A stretch of 64,000 nt of DNA from Rhodospirillales bacterium (lineage in GTDB: Bacteria > Pseudomonadota > Alphaproteobacteria > Bin95). Position numbers and translations under genes: made by a program. The stretch lies in contig JAYQLI010000035.1 in NCBI GenBank assembly GCA_038143065.1, positions 1,472,894 to 1,536,893 on the forward strand, written 5' to 3'. The notes under the pieces are model-generated. The model did no database searches, was not told the origin of the DNA, and saw only the letters and a list, made by a program, of their open reading frames with translations. Positions 63,644 to 64,000 of the stretch are shown here, piece after piece (the stretch's first letter is position 1; every line of letters starts with the position of its first letter).

Positions 63644-64000
63644 ATGCTTAACGCGCGCCGCCCCCAATATGCTGACGATGACAAGCTGCACGAAGAGTGC
63701 GCAATTGTAGGGTTTGGAATGCTGTAGGGGCCGCTAAGCTAACCGCTCTTGGTTTGCACGCTCTTCAACACCGGGGACAAGAGGCAAGCGGAATCGTATC
63801 CCATGATCGCTCTGAAGGGCGTTTTTATTCTAGAAAAGGCCGTGGACATGTGGAGCGCGTTTTTGGCTCTCCAGAGAGGATTGAAGGACTAAAAGGTGGC
63901 GGTGCTATAGGCCACAATCGCTACGCTACAACTGGCGAAGATATGACAAGTAATATTCAGCCAATGTTTGCTGAATTTGCTTTTGGAGGTTTTGCTGTTG
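63644..64000 (+). CDS. purF: Amidophosphoribosyltransferase (partial), with a frameshift near 63711
   Basis: DDKLHEECAIVG propeptide and catalytic Cys, then LGLHALQHRGQEASGI, AIGHNRYATTG and NIQP. Confidence 0.95.

Noticed and set aside
1-64000. CRISPR arrays, tRNA/rRNA genes, IS elements, integrases, prophage or anti-phage defence genes
   Set aside because: By eye, no regularly spaced repeats, cloverleaf motifs, transposase/integrase motifs or phage genes were found. The macrodomain is an ordinary YmdB type with no toxin or Thoeris-like partner.

Overview
Chromosomal backbone of an alphaproteobacterium, probably a Rhodospirillales-like and possibly marine lineage. This is inferred from trcR/DUF1013, irr, hflK-hflC-DUF2065-degQ, dnaB-alr-mlaEF-radA-cvpA-purF and acuI. 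Core blocks: cmk-rpsA-ihfB; rimP-nusA-ylxR-infB-rbfA-truB-rpsO-pnp, with a rimP-leader terminator; hrcA-grpE; prfC; hflKC-degQ; mrp; and dnaB through purF. Accessory blocks lie between them: (i) an orphan Mo-hydroxylase large subunit plus an orphan hydantoinase A after ihfB; (ii) irr-rubrerythrin-FeS oxidoreductase-DUF3501, with a near-perfect Irr ICE box; (iii) a xylD-like dehydratase, an enolase-family enzyme and a class II aldolase; (iv) a TTC38-like TPR protein, thpR, a macrodomain gene and ygfZ; (v) a dimethylformamidase-like large subunit, a divergent amidohydrolase, two unknown membrane proteins and a TRAP transporter in P-M-Q order; (vi) MFS-comDE-like-CoA transferase and an acyl-CoA synthetase. 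About 16 genes, including essential ones, carry single-base indels, mostly in homopolymers. truB has an in-frame TAG, and several invariant residues differ by one base. This points to an error-prone long-read or low-coverage consensus rather than pseudogenes. I saw no rRNA, tRNA, CRISPR array, transposase or integrase. The best candidates for an undescribed system are blocks (v), (i) and (iv). All family assignments come from motif recognition by eye, not from database searches.
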